Source: a virus. Taken from it: a stretch of DNA of 64,000 nt. The notes under the pieces were generated by a model, which had not been told where the DNA came from, did not search any database, and worked only from the letters and a program-made list of their open reading frames with translations. Positions 38,848 to 48,885 of the stretch are shown here, one piece after another. The DNA is taken from positions 52,258 to 116,257 of IMG/VR virus record IMGVR_UViG_3300022188_000226; one strand, written 5' to 3'. The position numbers were made by a program, and so were the translations under genes. Numbering within the stretch: the first letter of the stretch is position 1; every line of letters starts with the position of its first letter.

Positions 38848-39699
38848 TTGAATAAATTTACATATAAATACATTAAAGAACAATTTGAAAAAGAATGGTA
38901 TACTCTCATATCAAAAGAGTATACTAACAATTATACCCATTTATTATATAAATGTCCAATTGGACACACTAATAGCATAGTTTATAGCAGTTGGCAGCAA
39001 GGTAGAAGATGCCCTAAATGTGCAAAGAATAAACGTCTTAATATAAATGAAATTAGATTGTCTTTTGAAAAAGAGGGGTACACATTGCTTTCTAAAGAGT
39101 ACGAGAATGCTAAATCTCTATTAGAGTATGAATGCCCTAATGGGCATAACCATAAGACATCTGCTGATAATTTTAGACGAGGATATAGATGTCCTTATTG
39201 TAACGGAAGGCCTGTAATAACTATTAAAGAGGCGAAGGAAGTTTTTGAACAAGAAGGTTACATCCTTTTGACAAATATTTATATTAATGGTGAGAAAAAA
39301 TTAAAATATAAGTGCCCTGTTGGGCATATCCACAGTGTTGGTTTGACCTCTTTTAAAAGTGGGGTACGTTGCCCAACATGTTCTAATATAAAAATGTCAG
39401 GTTCTGGGCATCCAAACTGGAAAGGTGGTATTTCTTGTGAACCTTACTGTGTAGATTGGACAAAAGAATATAAAAATTTTATTAAAGAACGTGATGGGTA
39501 TAGATGTTTGAATCCAGATTGTACAAAAAGACATAAAAGATTACATGTACACCATATAGACTACATCAAAAAGAATTGCAGTATGGAAAACTTGATAACA
39601 CTGTGTGGGAGTTGCAATTCAAGGGCTAATTACGAAAGAGATTGGCACCAATCTTGGTATCAATCTATATTACATAATAGATATAATTATAAATATTAG
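38848..39699 (+). CDS. HNH homing endonuclease with Cys/His zinc repeats
   Basis: Three EGY.LL..Y...CP.GH...RCP.C repeats; RDGYRC...HVHHIDY.K.N...NLITLC.SCN. Confidence 0.88.
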   Translation: MNKFTYKYIKEQFEKEWYTLISKEYTNNYTHLLYKCPIGHTNSIVYSSWQQGRRCPKCAKNKRLNINEIRLSFEKEGYTLLSKEYENAKSLLEYECPNGHNHKTSADNFRRGYRCPYCNGRPVITIKEAKEVFEQEGYILLTNIYINGEKKLKYKCPVGHIHSVGLTSFKSGVRCPTCSNIKMSGSGHPNWKGGISCEPYCVDWTKEYKNFIKERDGYRCLNPDCTKRHKRLHVHHIDYIKKNCSMENLITLCGSCNSRANYERDWHQSWYQSILHNRYNYKY

Positions 39700-39712
39700 G
39701 AGAATTAATTAA

Positions 39713-40156
39713 ATGCTAGCAAACGGATTAAAAGTACTTTACACAACAAATCACCCAGATGCAAAGATACCTACTTACGAGAAAGAGGGTGATGCTGCTT
39801 GTAGTTTAAGGGTGGTTGAAGATTATACAATTCATCCTGGGGAACGAGTTTTAGCCAGGACTGGTTTAAAGATTTCTATGGCCGAGGGGTTTGAGGCTCA
39901 AATTAGACCAAGAAGTGGTTTGGCTTGGAAAAAAGGTCTTACTGTAGTTAATACTCCAGGTACTGTGGACGGAAATTTTCGTGGAGAAATTATGGTAGCT
40001 TTGATTAACTTAGGAGAAGATGTTGTAGAAATTAAAAGTGGAGATGCTGTTGCTCAAATGAAGTTTTCACCTGTTTATGTTGGTTATTTTTTAAAAGTAG
40101 ATACTTTAGATGATACAGTACGTGGTAGTGGTGGTTTTGGATCGACTGGCAGATAA
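39713..40156 (+). CDS. dut: trimeric dUTPase
   Basis: RPRSGLA, NTPGTVDGNFRGE, AQM, RGSGGFGSTG. Confidence 0.96.
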   Translation: MLANGLKVLYTTNHPDAKIPTYEKEGDAACSLRVVEDYTIHPGERVLARTGLKISMAEGFEAQIRPRSGLAWKKGLTVVNTPGTVDGNFRGEIMVALINLGEDVVEIKSGDAVAQMKFSPVYVGYFLKVDTLDDTVRGSGGFGSTGR

Positions 40157-40165
40157 GGAGGAATT

Positions 40166-43100
40166 ATGTTTATAGACCCTTTTCAGGAAAAAATTTGGAA
40201 AGATAAGTACCAATATAATGACGAGACATTCATACAATTTTGTTATAGAATTGCTGATAACATATTTAAAGATGATAAAAAACGTCACGCAGCACTTGTA
40301 GATTTTATTAAAAATTTTCGTGGACTATTTGGAGGCAGAATAAACTCTAATATAGGTGTAGATGAAGAAGGGCTAACCTTATTTAATTGTTTTATTGAGT
40401 CTATTGTAAAAAACCCCGATTCTCTAGAAGGTATTATGGATATGGTTACTAAATATGCTATTACTTTAAAGACTGAAGGAGGTGTTGGGTTTTGTGCAAA
40501 CTTTCTTCGGCCGGCAAAAACTTTAATTCGTAAAATAGGTGTTACAACGCCAGGAGCAATTAAATTTCTAGAGATATTTGACAAGACATCAGAAATAATC
40601 ACAGCAGGTAGTGTTGATAAAAATGATAGTTATCAAGGAGAACCCTCAAAGAAAAGTATAAGGAAAGGGGCTACCATGGTGACTATGAACATTAACCATC
40701 CTGATATTGAGGAGTTTATCGTTGCCAAAGCAGTACCGAACAGGTTGACTAAAATGAACATGTCAGTACTTGTTACAGATGCTTTTATGTATGCTGTTGA
40801 AAAAGATACTGATTGGGATTTATGGTTCCCTGATATTAATTTTGATAAGTATGACGATGAGTGGGATGGTAACTTTGAAAATTGGGGAGATAAAGGTTAT
40901 CCATTTGTCATATATAAGACTCTCCCAGCACGTGAATTATGGAATCTTCTTTTAAATAGTACTTATAATAGGAATGAGCCTGGTATTATTTTTATTGATA
41001 ATGCTAGACGTATGAACAACTTGCATTACTTGAATGGTAGTATGACGTCTACCAACCCTTGTCAGCCTTCTTGGGCAACCGTGATGACTCCAAACGGTAT
41101 ACGTATCATGGAGAATATACATGTTGGTTCTGTAATTTGGAGTGATGATGGATGGACTATAGTGACTAATAAAGCTTCTTCTGGACAAAAAAAAGTGTAT
41201 AAATATAAAACAACTGCATCTGTTTTTTATGGCACTGAAAATCATAAAATAGTTTCTGATGGCGTCAAGGTTGAGGTTTGTGATGCTTTATGTATTGATA
41301 CATCTGTAGGTCGTGCAGTGTGTCTTAATACTGCTAATAAAAATTCTACTACATATAACTGGCAGTCTGTTGTTGATGGTCTGCTTATAGGAGACGGGTC
41401 TGTTCACAAGGCGTCCAATTCTTTAATTTATTTATGTGTGGGAAAAAATGATAAAGACTATTTAGATAACTCATATCTCAAAGACTTTATACTTGCACAT
41501 CGTTCTGGAATAGATGACTATGCATATACAGTTAAAACAACACTTGAATCAAATGAGTTACCATTAACTTTTAAACGTAGAGTACCTAAAAAATATTTTG
41601 AAGCTGGCGGAGTAGAAGCGTGTTCGTTCTTAATGGGGTTGTTTTCAGCTAATGGTACTGTTATAACAAGAAAGGGCTCAATGTCAGTTAGATTGAAGGC
41701 CGCATCGAAGGCTCTTGTTGAGGATGTGCAGGTTATGTTGTCTTCTTTAGGTATAAGGTCTTTTATAACGACTAATAAAAAAACTAAAGTTAAGTTTGAC
41801 AATGGAGAATGTGAGAATAGAGAAAGTTATGATTTGGATATAATAGAACACACAGTTTCTTTTCAGAAAATAATTGGTTTTATACAGAATTATAAAAATG
41901 AGAAGTTGACTTTAATAAACAAAAGAAAGTTCTCTACAAAAGAAAAAATTTCTTTTGAAGTAGTAGAAAAAGAATTTATATCTGAAGAGGAAGTTTTTGA
42001 TATAACTGTTGATAATGATTCTCATACTTATTGGACTGGTGGGTGTAACGTTTCAAATTGTGCGGAGGTGGTTGGACACACAGGTCCTGAGTATTATAAC
42101 GGTGAGCTTATTGAACTTGGTGATGTATGTAACCTCGGATCCATTAATCTCACTAAATACTACGATATTACAGAAAATAAATTTAGTATGGATGAGTTTA
42201 AAGAAGACATAGATCTTATGATAAGGTCTTTAGATAATGTAATAGAAATATCTAATTATCCACTGAAGATGTATGAAGACGCTGCCAAATTAAAAAGAAA
42301 AATAGGGGTTGGTTTAATGGGCGTAGCCTCGCTTATGATGATGTCTAATATACGGTATGGAAGTAAAGAGTGTATTGATTTGTTAGAAGTAATTTTATCA
42401 GAATTCATTAATCAAGCGTATAGATCATCAGCCATACTCGCAAAAGAGGTAGGTCCTTTTCCTTTGTGGGATAAGAAAGCGTTACAAGGTGGATTTATTA
42501 AACACAGTGGAGTATTAAAGAAGGATACACTTGCTCTTATTAAGAAACACGGATTGCGGCATTCTGCTGTATCTGCCATTGCACCAAACGGTACTTTATC
42601 AATTGTGGCTGGTAATATTTCTGGTGGGTTGGAACCTATATTTGCCAAAGAGTTTACTCGTTGGAATAGGATTGAAGGAAAAAAGGTAGATTTTGAATAC
42701 CCAAACATACATAAAGGTGAGTGGTTCGAGACTGATTATCTTAAAGAACAGAGGGTAGCTGATGAAGTTATTCTTATATCTGAGGACGGTAAACATAGGG
42801 TTGATAAGAACAGCGGTTTGTGTAAGAATGTAACTATAATGGATTATGGATATAAAGCGGCTTTAAAGGCCGGGCACAACGAATTCGCTTGTGCTACAGA
42901 GTTAAGTATAGACGAGCATCTCGCTGTATTAAAGGTTTTTTCAAAGTATATTGATCAGTCATGTAGTAAATGTATATCTCTAGACTCCAGAATTAATACT
43001 GACAAAGGATTGGTTAAGTTAGGAAGTTTGTCTGATAATAGAGCAGTAGACACTTTTTGTGATATTGATTCCAAAGTGTTGGTACCTACAGAGAAAGGGC

Positions 43101-45001
43101 TTAAGCCTGTGAACCAGTTCTATTATAATGGGGAAGTATTAGGTAAAGAAGTAATAACCAAATCTGGGTTAGAATTGACTGGTAGTAATCAACATAGGAT
43201 TAGGGTATTAAATAACATTCACGAGTTGGAGTGGAAACGGTTAGATAGTTTAGTTGTAGGAGACTTGATAGCAGTTAAGCTAGGCAAGGATATTAGTTCA
43301 GAAAAAACTATTAGTCGTATTGTTGGTAAGAAGTTTAGTTATGACACTAAGAGGTGTAAACATATAACTATTCCTACACAATTAACTAAAAATTTATTAT
43401 GGTGGTTAGGTTGTATAGCTGCTGATGGTAACATTAACAGTGTCGGAGTACATTTATCCCAAGTATCTGGTATTGCTCTAGATAAATTTATCAGAGTTTC
43501 AGAAGAACTATTTGCAAGAAAGCCAGTTATAGTCAAAGATCATAGAAGAGATAAGTTATTTACAGCATCAATTAATTCTAAGGTTTTAGTTGAGTGGTTT
43601 AATTACATAGGGTTTTCTAAAGAAGAATTATCAGAAATTGTATTCGCGGCTCCGAAATTACTTAAGAAGTCTTTTGTTGAGGGGGTTACTTTAGATGGGT
43701 ACGTTACTGATGAGAGAGTTTGTTTAAAAACCGATAAAACTGAACGTTTTATTATGGATTTACAACTTATTTGTAACACTATTGGTATTCCAACTAGAAT
43801 TACAAAAAAATTCAATACACATTATGAAAAGTTTTATTATAACTTGTTTGTTTACTCTGATGGGGTTAACAAATTATCATCTTTTGTTTTTCCTGAGGAA
43901 CATAAACAGACTAAACTGTTGAAGTTATTAAACGGTAATAAAAATTATAGTAGAAAATCTTTTATAGATTATGGGTGTAGACTTCCTATAGATGATGTTA
44001 TGGTTCAACGTGTGTCTGACGTGGAAAAACAAGTGTTTAAGTCTAATAAACTATATAATATTTTTCATAGAATAACCAATGATGCTAAAGAAAGCAAGTC
44101 TCTAACAATGGACCAGCTTTTAGCAGTTTATACATTTAATAATACAGTACCGAAAGCATTAAATAATAATTATTTATTTACAGCGGTAGAAAGTGTTGAA
44201 GATAAGAAAGTAATTACGGCCGATATTGAGGTTAAAGACGAGCATAATTATATTGCTAATGGTTTTATTTCTCATAACACCATTAATCTTCCTGCTGATA
44301 TTGGTTTTGAAAATTTTAAGAAGTTGTATGGCGAAATTCATGGTTACGGTATTAAGGGTTGTACGACATACAGAGCAGGTACTTCAGTAGCCGTGCTTGA
44401 GACACAGAAGAAAGAAAAAAATAAATCTATTAAGGAACAGCAGAAAGAATTTCTAGATGTTTTTAAAAATCAGGAAAACGGAGACACTATAGTTCAGAAT
44501 GTTAGTTTGCCAGAACAGTATCCAGCTAAAGGTTTTATTTTAAAATCTGATGGTGGAAAAAAATGGTATATTCACGTAGCTTTTAAAGATATACAATGTA
44601 CTCAGCCATTTGCAATTTTTGTAAATACTAATAATAGGGAAGACAATGTTGTTACTTACAATGCTCTTGAAATGATGGTAAATGTTGCTAAATCTAAGGG
44701 TATTAGGGGAGATTTAATTGAAGAGGTTCAGCGTAAGTATGGTTATCAAAAAAATCCTGTAAAAATTTGTAGGATGCTTGGATTCCTTCTTAGGCATAAC
44801 ATAGATGTGTACACTATTGTTATGGGTTTAGATGGACTAGGTACAGCTCCAGGGACATTTGTATTTAGAATTAAAAAATTTCTTTCGCAATTTGTCACTA
44901 AAATTGGAGACCCATTATTGTGTCCTGAATGTGGAGAAATAGCCATAGTTTTTGAAGCTGGCTGTTTTGAGTGTAAGAACTGTGGGCATTCTAAATGTTA
45001 G
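40166..45001 (+). CDS. nrdJ: class II (B12-dependent) ribonucleotide reductase with two inteins (~842 aa after splicing)
   Basis: GGRI, LFNC, GGVG, RKGATM, HPDIEEF, EPG, TNP/CAE, CNLGSINL, IAPNGT, SK/TINLP, KGCTTYR, C-terminal CPECG...C..CGHSKC; no small subunit gene nearby. Confidence 0.92.
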   Translation: MFIDPFQEKIWKDKYQYNDETFIQFCYRIADNIFKDDKKRHAALVDFIKNFRGLFGGRINSNIGVDEEGLTLFNCFIESIVKNPDSLEGIMDMVTKYAITLKTEGGVGFCANFLRPAKTLIRKIGVTTPGAIKFLEIFDKTSEIITAGSVDKNDSYQGEPSKKSIRKGATMVTMNINHPDIEEFIVAKAVPNRLTKMNMSVLVTDAFMYAVEKDTDWDLWFPDINFDKYDDEWDGNFENWGDKGYPFVIYKTLPARELWNLLLNSTYNRNEPGIIFIDNARRMNNLHYLNGSMTSTNPCQPSWATVMTPNGIRIMENIHVGSVIWSDDGWTIVTNKASSGQKKVYKYKTTASVFYGTENHKIVSDGVKVEVCDALCIDTSVGRAVCLNTANKNSTTYNWQSVVDGLLIGDGSVHKASNSLIYLCVGKNDKDYLDNSYLKDFILAHRSGIDDYAYTVKTTLESNELPLTFKRRVPKKYFEAGGVEACSFLMGLFSANGTVITRKGSMSVRLKAASKALVEDVQVMLSSLGIRSFITTNKKTKVKFDNGECENRESYDLDIIEHTVSFQKIIGFIQNYKNEKLTLINKRKFSTKEKISFEVVEKEFISEEEVFDITVDNDSHTYWTGGCNVSNCAEVVGHTGPEYYNGELIELGDVCNLGSINLTKYYDITENKFSMDEFKEDIDLMIRSLDNVIEISNYPLKMYEDAAKLKRKIGVGLMGVASLMMMSNIRYGSKECIDLLEVILSEFINQAYRSSAILAKEVGPFPLWDKKALQGGFIKHSGVLKKDTLALIKKHGLRHSAVSAIAPNGTLSIVAGNISGGLEPIFAKEFTRWNRIEGKKVDFEYPNIHKGEWFETDYLKEQRVADEVILISEDGKHRVDKNSGLCKNVTIMDYGYKAALKAGHNEFACATELSIDEHLAVLKVFSKYIDQSCSKCISLDSRINTDKGLVKLGSLSDNRAVDTFCDIDSKVLVPTEKGLKPVNQFYYNGEVLGKEVITKSGLELTGSNQHRIRVLNNIHELEWKRLDSLVVGDLIAVKLGKDISSEKTISRIVGKKFSYDTKRCKHITIPTQLTKNLLWWLGCIAADGNINSVGVHLSQVSGIALDKFIRVSEELFARKPVIVKDHRRDKLFTASINSKVLVEWFNYIGFSKEELSEIVFAAPKLLKKSFVEGVTLDGYVTDERVCLKTDKTERFIMDLQLICNTIGIPTRITKKFNTHYEKFYYNLFVYSDGVNKLSSFVFPEEHKQTKLLKLLNGNKNYSRKSFIDYGCRLPIDDVMVQRVSDVEKQVFKSNKLYNIFHRITNDAKESKSLTMDQLLAVYTFNNTVPKALNNNYLFTAVESVEDKKVITADIEVKDEHNYIANGFISHNTINLPADIGFENFKKLYGEIHGYGIKGCTTYRAGTSVAVLETQKKEKNKSIKEQQKEFLDVFKNQENGDTIVQNVSLPEQYPAKGFILKSDGGKKWYIHVAFKDIQCTQPFAIFVNTNNREDNVVTYNALEMMVNVAKSKGIRGDLIEEVQRKYGYQKNPVKICRMLGFLLRHNIDVYTIVMGLDGLGTAPGTFVFRIKKFLSQFVTKIGDPLLCPECGEIAIVFEAGCFECKNCGHSKC
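41060..42058 (+). mobile_element. intein before the RNR thiyl-radical Cys (333 aa)
   Basis: NP|CQPSWAT...GTENH...GLLIGDG...LFSANG...NVSN|CAE. Confidence 0.92.
42971..44278 (+). mobile_element. intein with LAGLIDADG endonuclease in RNR (436 aa)
   Basis: SK|CISLDS...WLGCIAADG...EGVTLDG...ISHN|TIN. Confidence 0.93.
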
Positions 45002-45010
45002 GAGGTAGTT

Positions 45011-45607
45011 ATGCGATTAGGATTTGATTTAGATGAAGTAGTGGTAAATCTAACAGCTGAGTTTGAAAAGTATATAGAACTTAATTACGGTATTGTATGG
45101 CCTATAGATTATTTTGTTCATTACGATTTTGCTAAGTGTAAATTTCATGACGATTCTGATTTGAATAAAAGGATTATAGAGGACATGCTAGTTACAGCAA
45201 ATGATCCTGATTTTCAATTTCAAGCAGAGCCTTTAGAAGATGCTAGAATGGTGTTACAGAAATTAAAAAAAGTAGGTCATAAATTATACTTCATTACCTC
45301 TAGGCCGGTACAGAATCAACCATTAACGTTTCGTTGGCTTCGTAAGAATGATATACCGTTTGACGGTCTTAAAGTAATAGGCCATAAAGAGCCTAAAGGC
45401 TCTTACGGTATGCGACTTAATCTTGATATGTATGTTGATGACTTAGAGAGGCATCTTAAATCTATGTTGAATTATAAAAAAAGATGGAGAAAAGGACTTT
45501 TATTACTTGACAAGCCCTGGAATCGTACTTACATTGATGGTAGTAGATTTAAGAGAGTAAATAATTGGAAAGATATTTTGAGGCATGTTGGTGTGCAGAA
45601 TAGATAA
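45011..45607 (+). CDS. 5'(3')-deoxyribonucleotidase (HAD, NT5C-like)
   Basis: GFDLDEV, ITSR, T..WL, YVDD, PWN. Confidence 0.88.
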   Translation: MRLGFDLDEVVVNLTAEFEKYIELNYGIVWPIDYFVHYDFAKCKFHDDSDLNKRIIEDMLVTANDPDFQFQAEPLEDARMVLQKLKKVGHKLYFITSRPVQNQPLTFRWLRKNDIPFDGLKVIGHKEPKGSYGMRLNLDMYVDDLERHLKSMLNYKKRWRKGLLLLDKPWNRTYIDGSRFKRVNNWKDILRHVGVQNR

Positions 45608-45617
45608 CAACTAAACC

Positions 45618-45644
45618 CACCAGCCCTGTTTTTTTGGGCTGGTG
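45618..45644. terminator. hairpin after replication/nucleotide operon
   Basis: CACCAGCCC-loop-GGGCTGGTG; weak U tract. Confidence 0.55.
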
Positions 45645-45682
45645 TGTGGTTGGAATAATTGTTAAATAAATTACTTATAAAC

Positions 45683-45711
45683 CTTGACAATAGAAAATTA
45701 TGTATTATATT
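45683..45711 (+). promoter_or_regulatory. phage consensus promoter
   Basis: CTTGACA-N16-TATATT. Confidence 0.8.
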
Positions 45712-45746
45712 TAGTTATACGCAACAAAAATATATAGGAGGAGTCC

Positions 45747-46100
45747 ATGATGAAAGTAAGATGTGGTGTTTGTAGTAATGAAAAAGTTGGTTTCTGTTCG
45801 ATTAAAAAGACTAGAATTAAACCTAACAAGTCACGTAAGTGTACTGCTTATGTTTATGATGAATCTAAGGTTAAAACTAGACAAAGTATCCCATCAATTA
45901 AGTTTGGGTATAATGAACATCGAGAACAAAAACAACTTATGAAAGAGGAGCGGAATGCTTTAAAAGTCGCAAAAAAACAGTTATCGTTAGACAGTACGTT
46001 TGATGAACAAAGTGCAGCTGATTTTGCAGGAAACCAAAAACACCCTTTAACTGGTGACCTGAGTAGGTTTACGACTACTGCAGTAAAGAATGAGGAATAG
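45747..46100 (+). CDS. hypothetical protein with N-terminal Cys motif
   Basis: AGGAGG RBS; CGVC...C...C. Confidence 0.7.
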   Translation: MMKVRCGVCSNEKVGFCSIKKTRIKPNKSRKCTAYVYDESKVKTRQSIPSIKFGYNEHREQKQLMKEERNALKVAKKQLSLDSTFDEQSAADFAGNQKHPLTGDLSRFTTTAVKNEE

Positions 46101-46764
46101 TGCAAGGAAATTAATGGAGATATCCAAGGTAAAAGAAAAAAGAAAAACAACGATTTATCCAACATATGATTTAGAGAATCTTACTAAGGGTAAAGGTTAT
46201 AAATATATAGTAGGGACCGATGAAGCTGGGCGTGGTTGTGGTGCTGGTCCGGTAGTAGCGGCTGCAGTGCATATACACGAGGATATATTACCAGAGCTCT
46301 TAGGAAAGGTCAATGACTCTAAAAAGATGTCTCATAAACGTCGTGAGGTTATGTATGAGTTTATTAATGAGCATTGTAACGTTGGTGTTCAAGCTATAGA
46401 AGCAGAAATTATAGACGACATAAATATTTTAGAAGCCACGAAAGTAGCTATGCGAAGTTCGGTAGAGCAGCTAGAGTATTATGACTATATACTAGTAGAC
46501 GGGCCAGTAGATTTGACTAAACATATTGTTGGTATCCCAACTCAACAGATCATTAAAGGTGACACTAAATCAGTTTCAATTGCAGCAGCATCAGTTATAG
46601 CCAAAGTGACTCGTGATAGAATTATGGACGATATACACAATATATATCCGATCTATAATTTTCGTAAAAATAAAGGGTATCTAGTTCCAGAACATCTTAA
46701 AGCATTGGAGCTATACGGTCCGTGTAATTTTCATCGTTTTTCTTTCAGAAGAGTTGGTAAATGA
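46090..46764 (+). CDS. rnhB: ribonuclease HII
   Basis: GTDEAGRG..AGPVVAAA, DSKK, NILEAT, LVDG, KGD, SIAAASVIAKVTRD, NKGY. Confidence 0.96.
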   Translation: MRNSARKLMEISKVKEKRKTTIYPTYDLENLTKGKGYKYIVGTDEAGRGCGAGPVVAAAVHIHEDILPELLGKVNDSKKMSHKRREVMYEFINEHCNVGVQAIEAEIIDDINILEATKVAMRSSVEQLEYYDYILVDGPVDLTKHIVGIPTQQIIKGDTKSVSIAAASVIAKVTRDRIMDDIHNIYPIYNFRKNKGYLVPEHLKALELYGPCNFHRFSFRRVGK

Positions 46765-46945
46765 GTATAAAAAACATGACGTTAGAGCAACGAAACCAGC
46801 AGAGCCAGATTACGAGCAAGTAAACGAATTGGTAAAAACCATTATGTGTAACTACATCAATAGGAACTAGTGTGTAAGTGTGTGGTAGAATGAGGTTTCC
46901 AAGGTTCTGGAGAATTGGATAGGGCCTCTAAACAAAATTCTAATA

Positions 46946-47251
46946 TTGTACTATAATATTAGCAAGTCGGTAGGTCTAAACCAGAACAGGAGGTGCAATA
47001 TCATTAATATAATTAAACAAAAACATAATACTATCTACTATACATGTAGTTGTGGGGCACAAGGGATGTGTTCTTTCAAACCTATGAACCATGATGCAGC
47101 TATTGTAATAGACATAAAGTGCCCAGCTTGTGGTGGGACAGAGAGGATGACACTTTTACAATATAGTTCTGAAGAGACTAAAGAAAGCCTTTTAAATAAT
47201 TTAGATAATATTGATTTGTCATGGGTCCCAACACTTAATCAAGAGATTTAG
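46946..47251 (+). CDS. hypothetical zinc-binding protein; start uncertain (possibly ATC 47000 or ATT 47003)
   Basis: CSCG...CPACG; AGGAGG at 46988 with no ATG at usable spacing. Confidence 0.6.
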   Translation: MYYNISKSVGLNQNRRCNIINIIKQKHNTIYYTCSCGAQGMCSFKPMNHDAAIVIDIKCPACGGTERMTLLQYSSEETKESLLNNLDNIDLSWVPTLNQEI

Positions 47252-47259
47252 TATGGAGA

Positions 47260-48237
47260 TTGTTAAATATGGAAATGATTATTGATGATGTATTTCGTAG
47301 CACTCACAATTTATATTTCAAAGGTTTACCTGAGGAAACAGTTTTAAAAAGAATTAACGAAGTATTTAATAGTTACGATCCTGAAATGGTAATTGATGTA
47401 ATTAATATTATTAAGACATCGATAGCTATTGGAATAACTTATAGTGATTGTTATGATAAGATTGTGGTTGCAATTATCGATAGGTTCCCATCAGACGATA
47501 ATATAGATATTTTTGTTCTAAGTTTAACCATGAAAGTTTTAATAGCTATGGGTGATGGTGGTATTGAAAAACTATTATTTAAATCTAGGGATATAAATAA
47601 GGAAGTTGCTGCTAAATATTTTAGGGTACCTCTTAAGAAAGTATCTAAAGATATGATAAATGAAGTTCTAGACGCTTCAGATAATTTTACAAAGAATTAT
47701 TCTATAAATGATGAGCCTGTTGAAAGTTGGGATGAATATTTCTATAATGTTTGTAGACAAGTTGCACGTAATTCTAAGTGTTTGTCTCGTCGTATAGGGG
47801 CTATTATGGTGTGGGATAAGGGGATTATTAGTACAGGGTATAACGGCCCACCTAGAGGTGTACCAAGGTGCGATATGAGATGGAAAATTGATAAGGAATT
47901 CGTTGAGAAGTATAAGGAAAAGACTGGTGGTTGTAAGCTAGAAGGAATATGTCCTAGGTACGCTATCGGGTTTAAATCTGGGGCTGGATTAGAGATTTGT
48001 CCTGCAGGCCACGCAGAAAGAAATACTTTAATTAACGCTGCTAGAAAAGGTATTAAAACTAAGGGGGCCGCTTTATATATGACGTGTGGTATTCCATGTA
48101 CACCATGCCTTGTTGAAATTATCAATGCTGGAATAAAAGAAATAGTTGTAATATCACTAAAGACATATGATGAAACGTCTATGTATCTTCTAAATCAGAG
48201 TAATTTAGGGGTTAGATTGTTTAATTTTATAAAATAA
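47260..48237 (+). CDS. dCMP deaminase with helical N-terminal extension
   Basis: WDEYF, SKCLSRRIGA, TGYNGPP, HAERN, PCTPC, IINAGI. Confidence 0.92.
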   Translation: MLNMEMIIDDVFRSTHNLYFKGLPEETVLKRINEVFNSYDPEMVIDVINIIKTSIAIGITYSDCYDKIVVAIIDRFPSDDNIDIFVLSLTMKVLIAMGDGGIEKLLFKSRDINKEVAAKYFRVPLKKVSKDMINEVLDASDNFTKNYSINDEPVESWDEYFYNVCRQVARNSKCLSRRIGAIMVWDKGIISTGYNGPPRGVPRCDMRWKIDKEFVEKYKEKTGGCKLEGICPRYAIGFKSGAGLEICPAGHAERNTLINAARKGIKTKGAALYMTCGIPCTPCLVEIINAGIKEIVVISLKTYDETSMYLLNQSNLGVRLFNFIK

Positions 48238-48314
48238 TTGAACAGTTTTGGTTCTTTGTACTATAATAGTATTAAGGGCACGTCGCCCATAAGAATATTA
48301 GGAGGAGTTTAAAA

Positions 48315-48869
48315 ATGGCAGAAAAATTTTATTTTGATTTTCATCAGATACCCCAAGTAGGGGTTGATGAACCAGAACTGGAGGGTGATTACGCTCGTGC
48401 TGATGGTATGTATGGTAAGACTGTTATCAGACGCCCTGTTGCAATGAAAATTTCTAACTTTGGATCTTTGGAAGTAAGTAATCGTTTGGGATGGGACTAC
48501 ACAAGAACTGATACCATGGCTTTTAAGGCTAAAGGTGAGCTGGAAGACATCAATGTCATTACAGCAGACACTGGTATAGGAAGTAATGTACGTTTGTTTG
48601 GTGTTACAGTTAATCATAACCCATATCTATGGGGTAACTCTGTTAAGTACACCCGTGATGACCAGTTTATAAGAATGACTATGTCCAAAGACACAGGTTC
48701 TTCTACTGCTGCAACTCAGGTTGACTTGCCTAAGTTTGATATTATGGATGAAAACGAAAGAACAGCTGAAGGTATTTTAGCTACATCTAATTATGCTATG
48801 AAGAATTGGCCTTCTGAGGGTTGGAGATCGTTTGGTGGTAAATATGACTTCTTACCTTATGTTGGGTAA
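48315..48869 (+). CDS. hypothetical protein
   Basis: AGGAGG RBS, 184 aa. Confidence 0.75.
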   Translation: MAEKFYFDFHQIPQVGVDEPELEGDYARADGMYGKTVIRRPVAMKISNFGSLEVSNRLGWDYTRTDTMAFKAKGELEDINVITADTGIGSNVRLFGVTVNHNPYLWGNSVKYTRDDQFIRMTMSKDTGSSTAATQVDLPKFDIMDENERTAEGILATSNYAMKNWPSEGWRSFGGKYDFLPYVG

Positions 48870-48885
48870 CGGATTAAATAATCAA

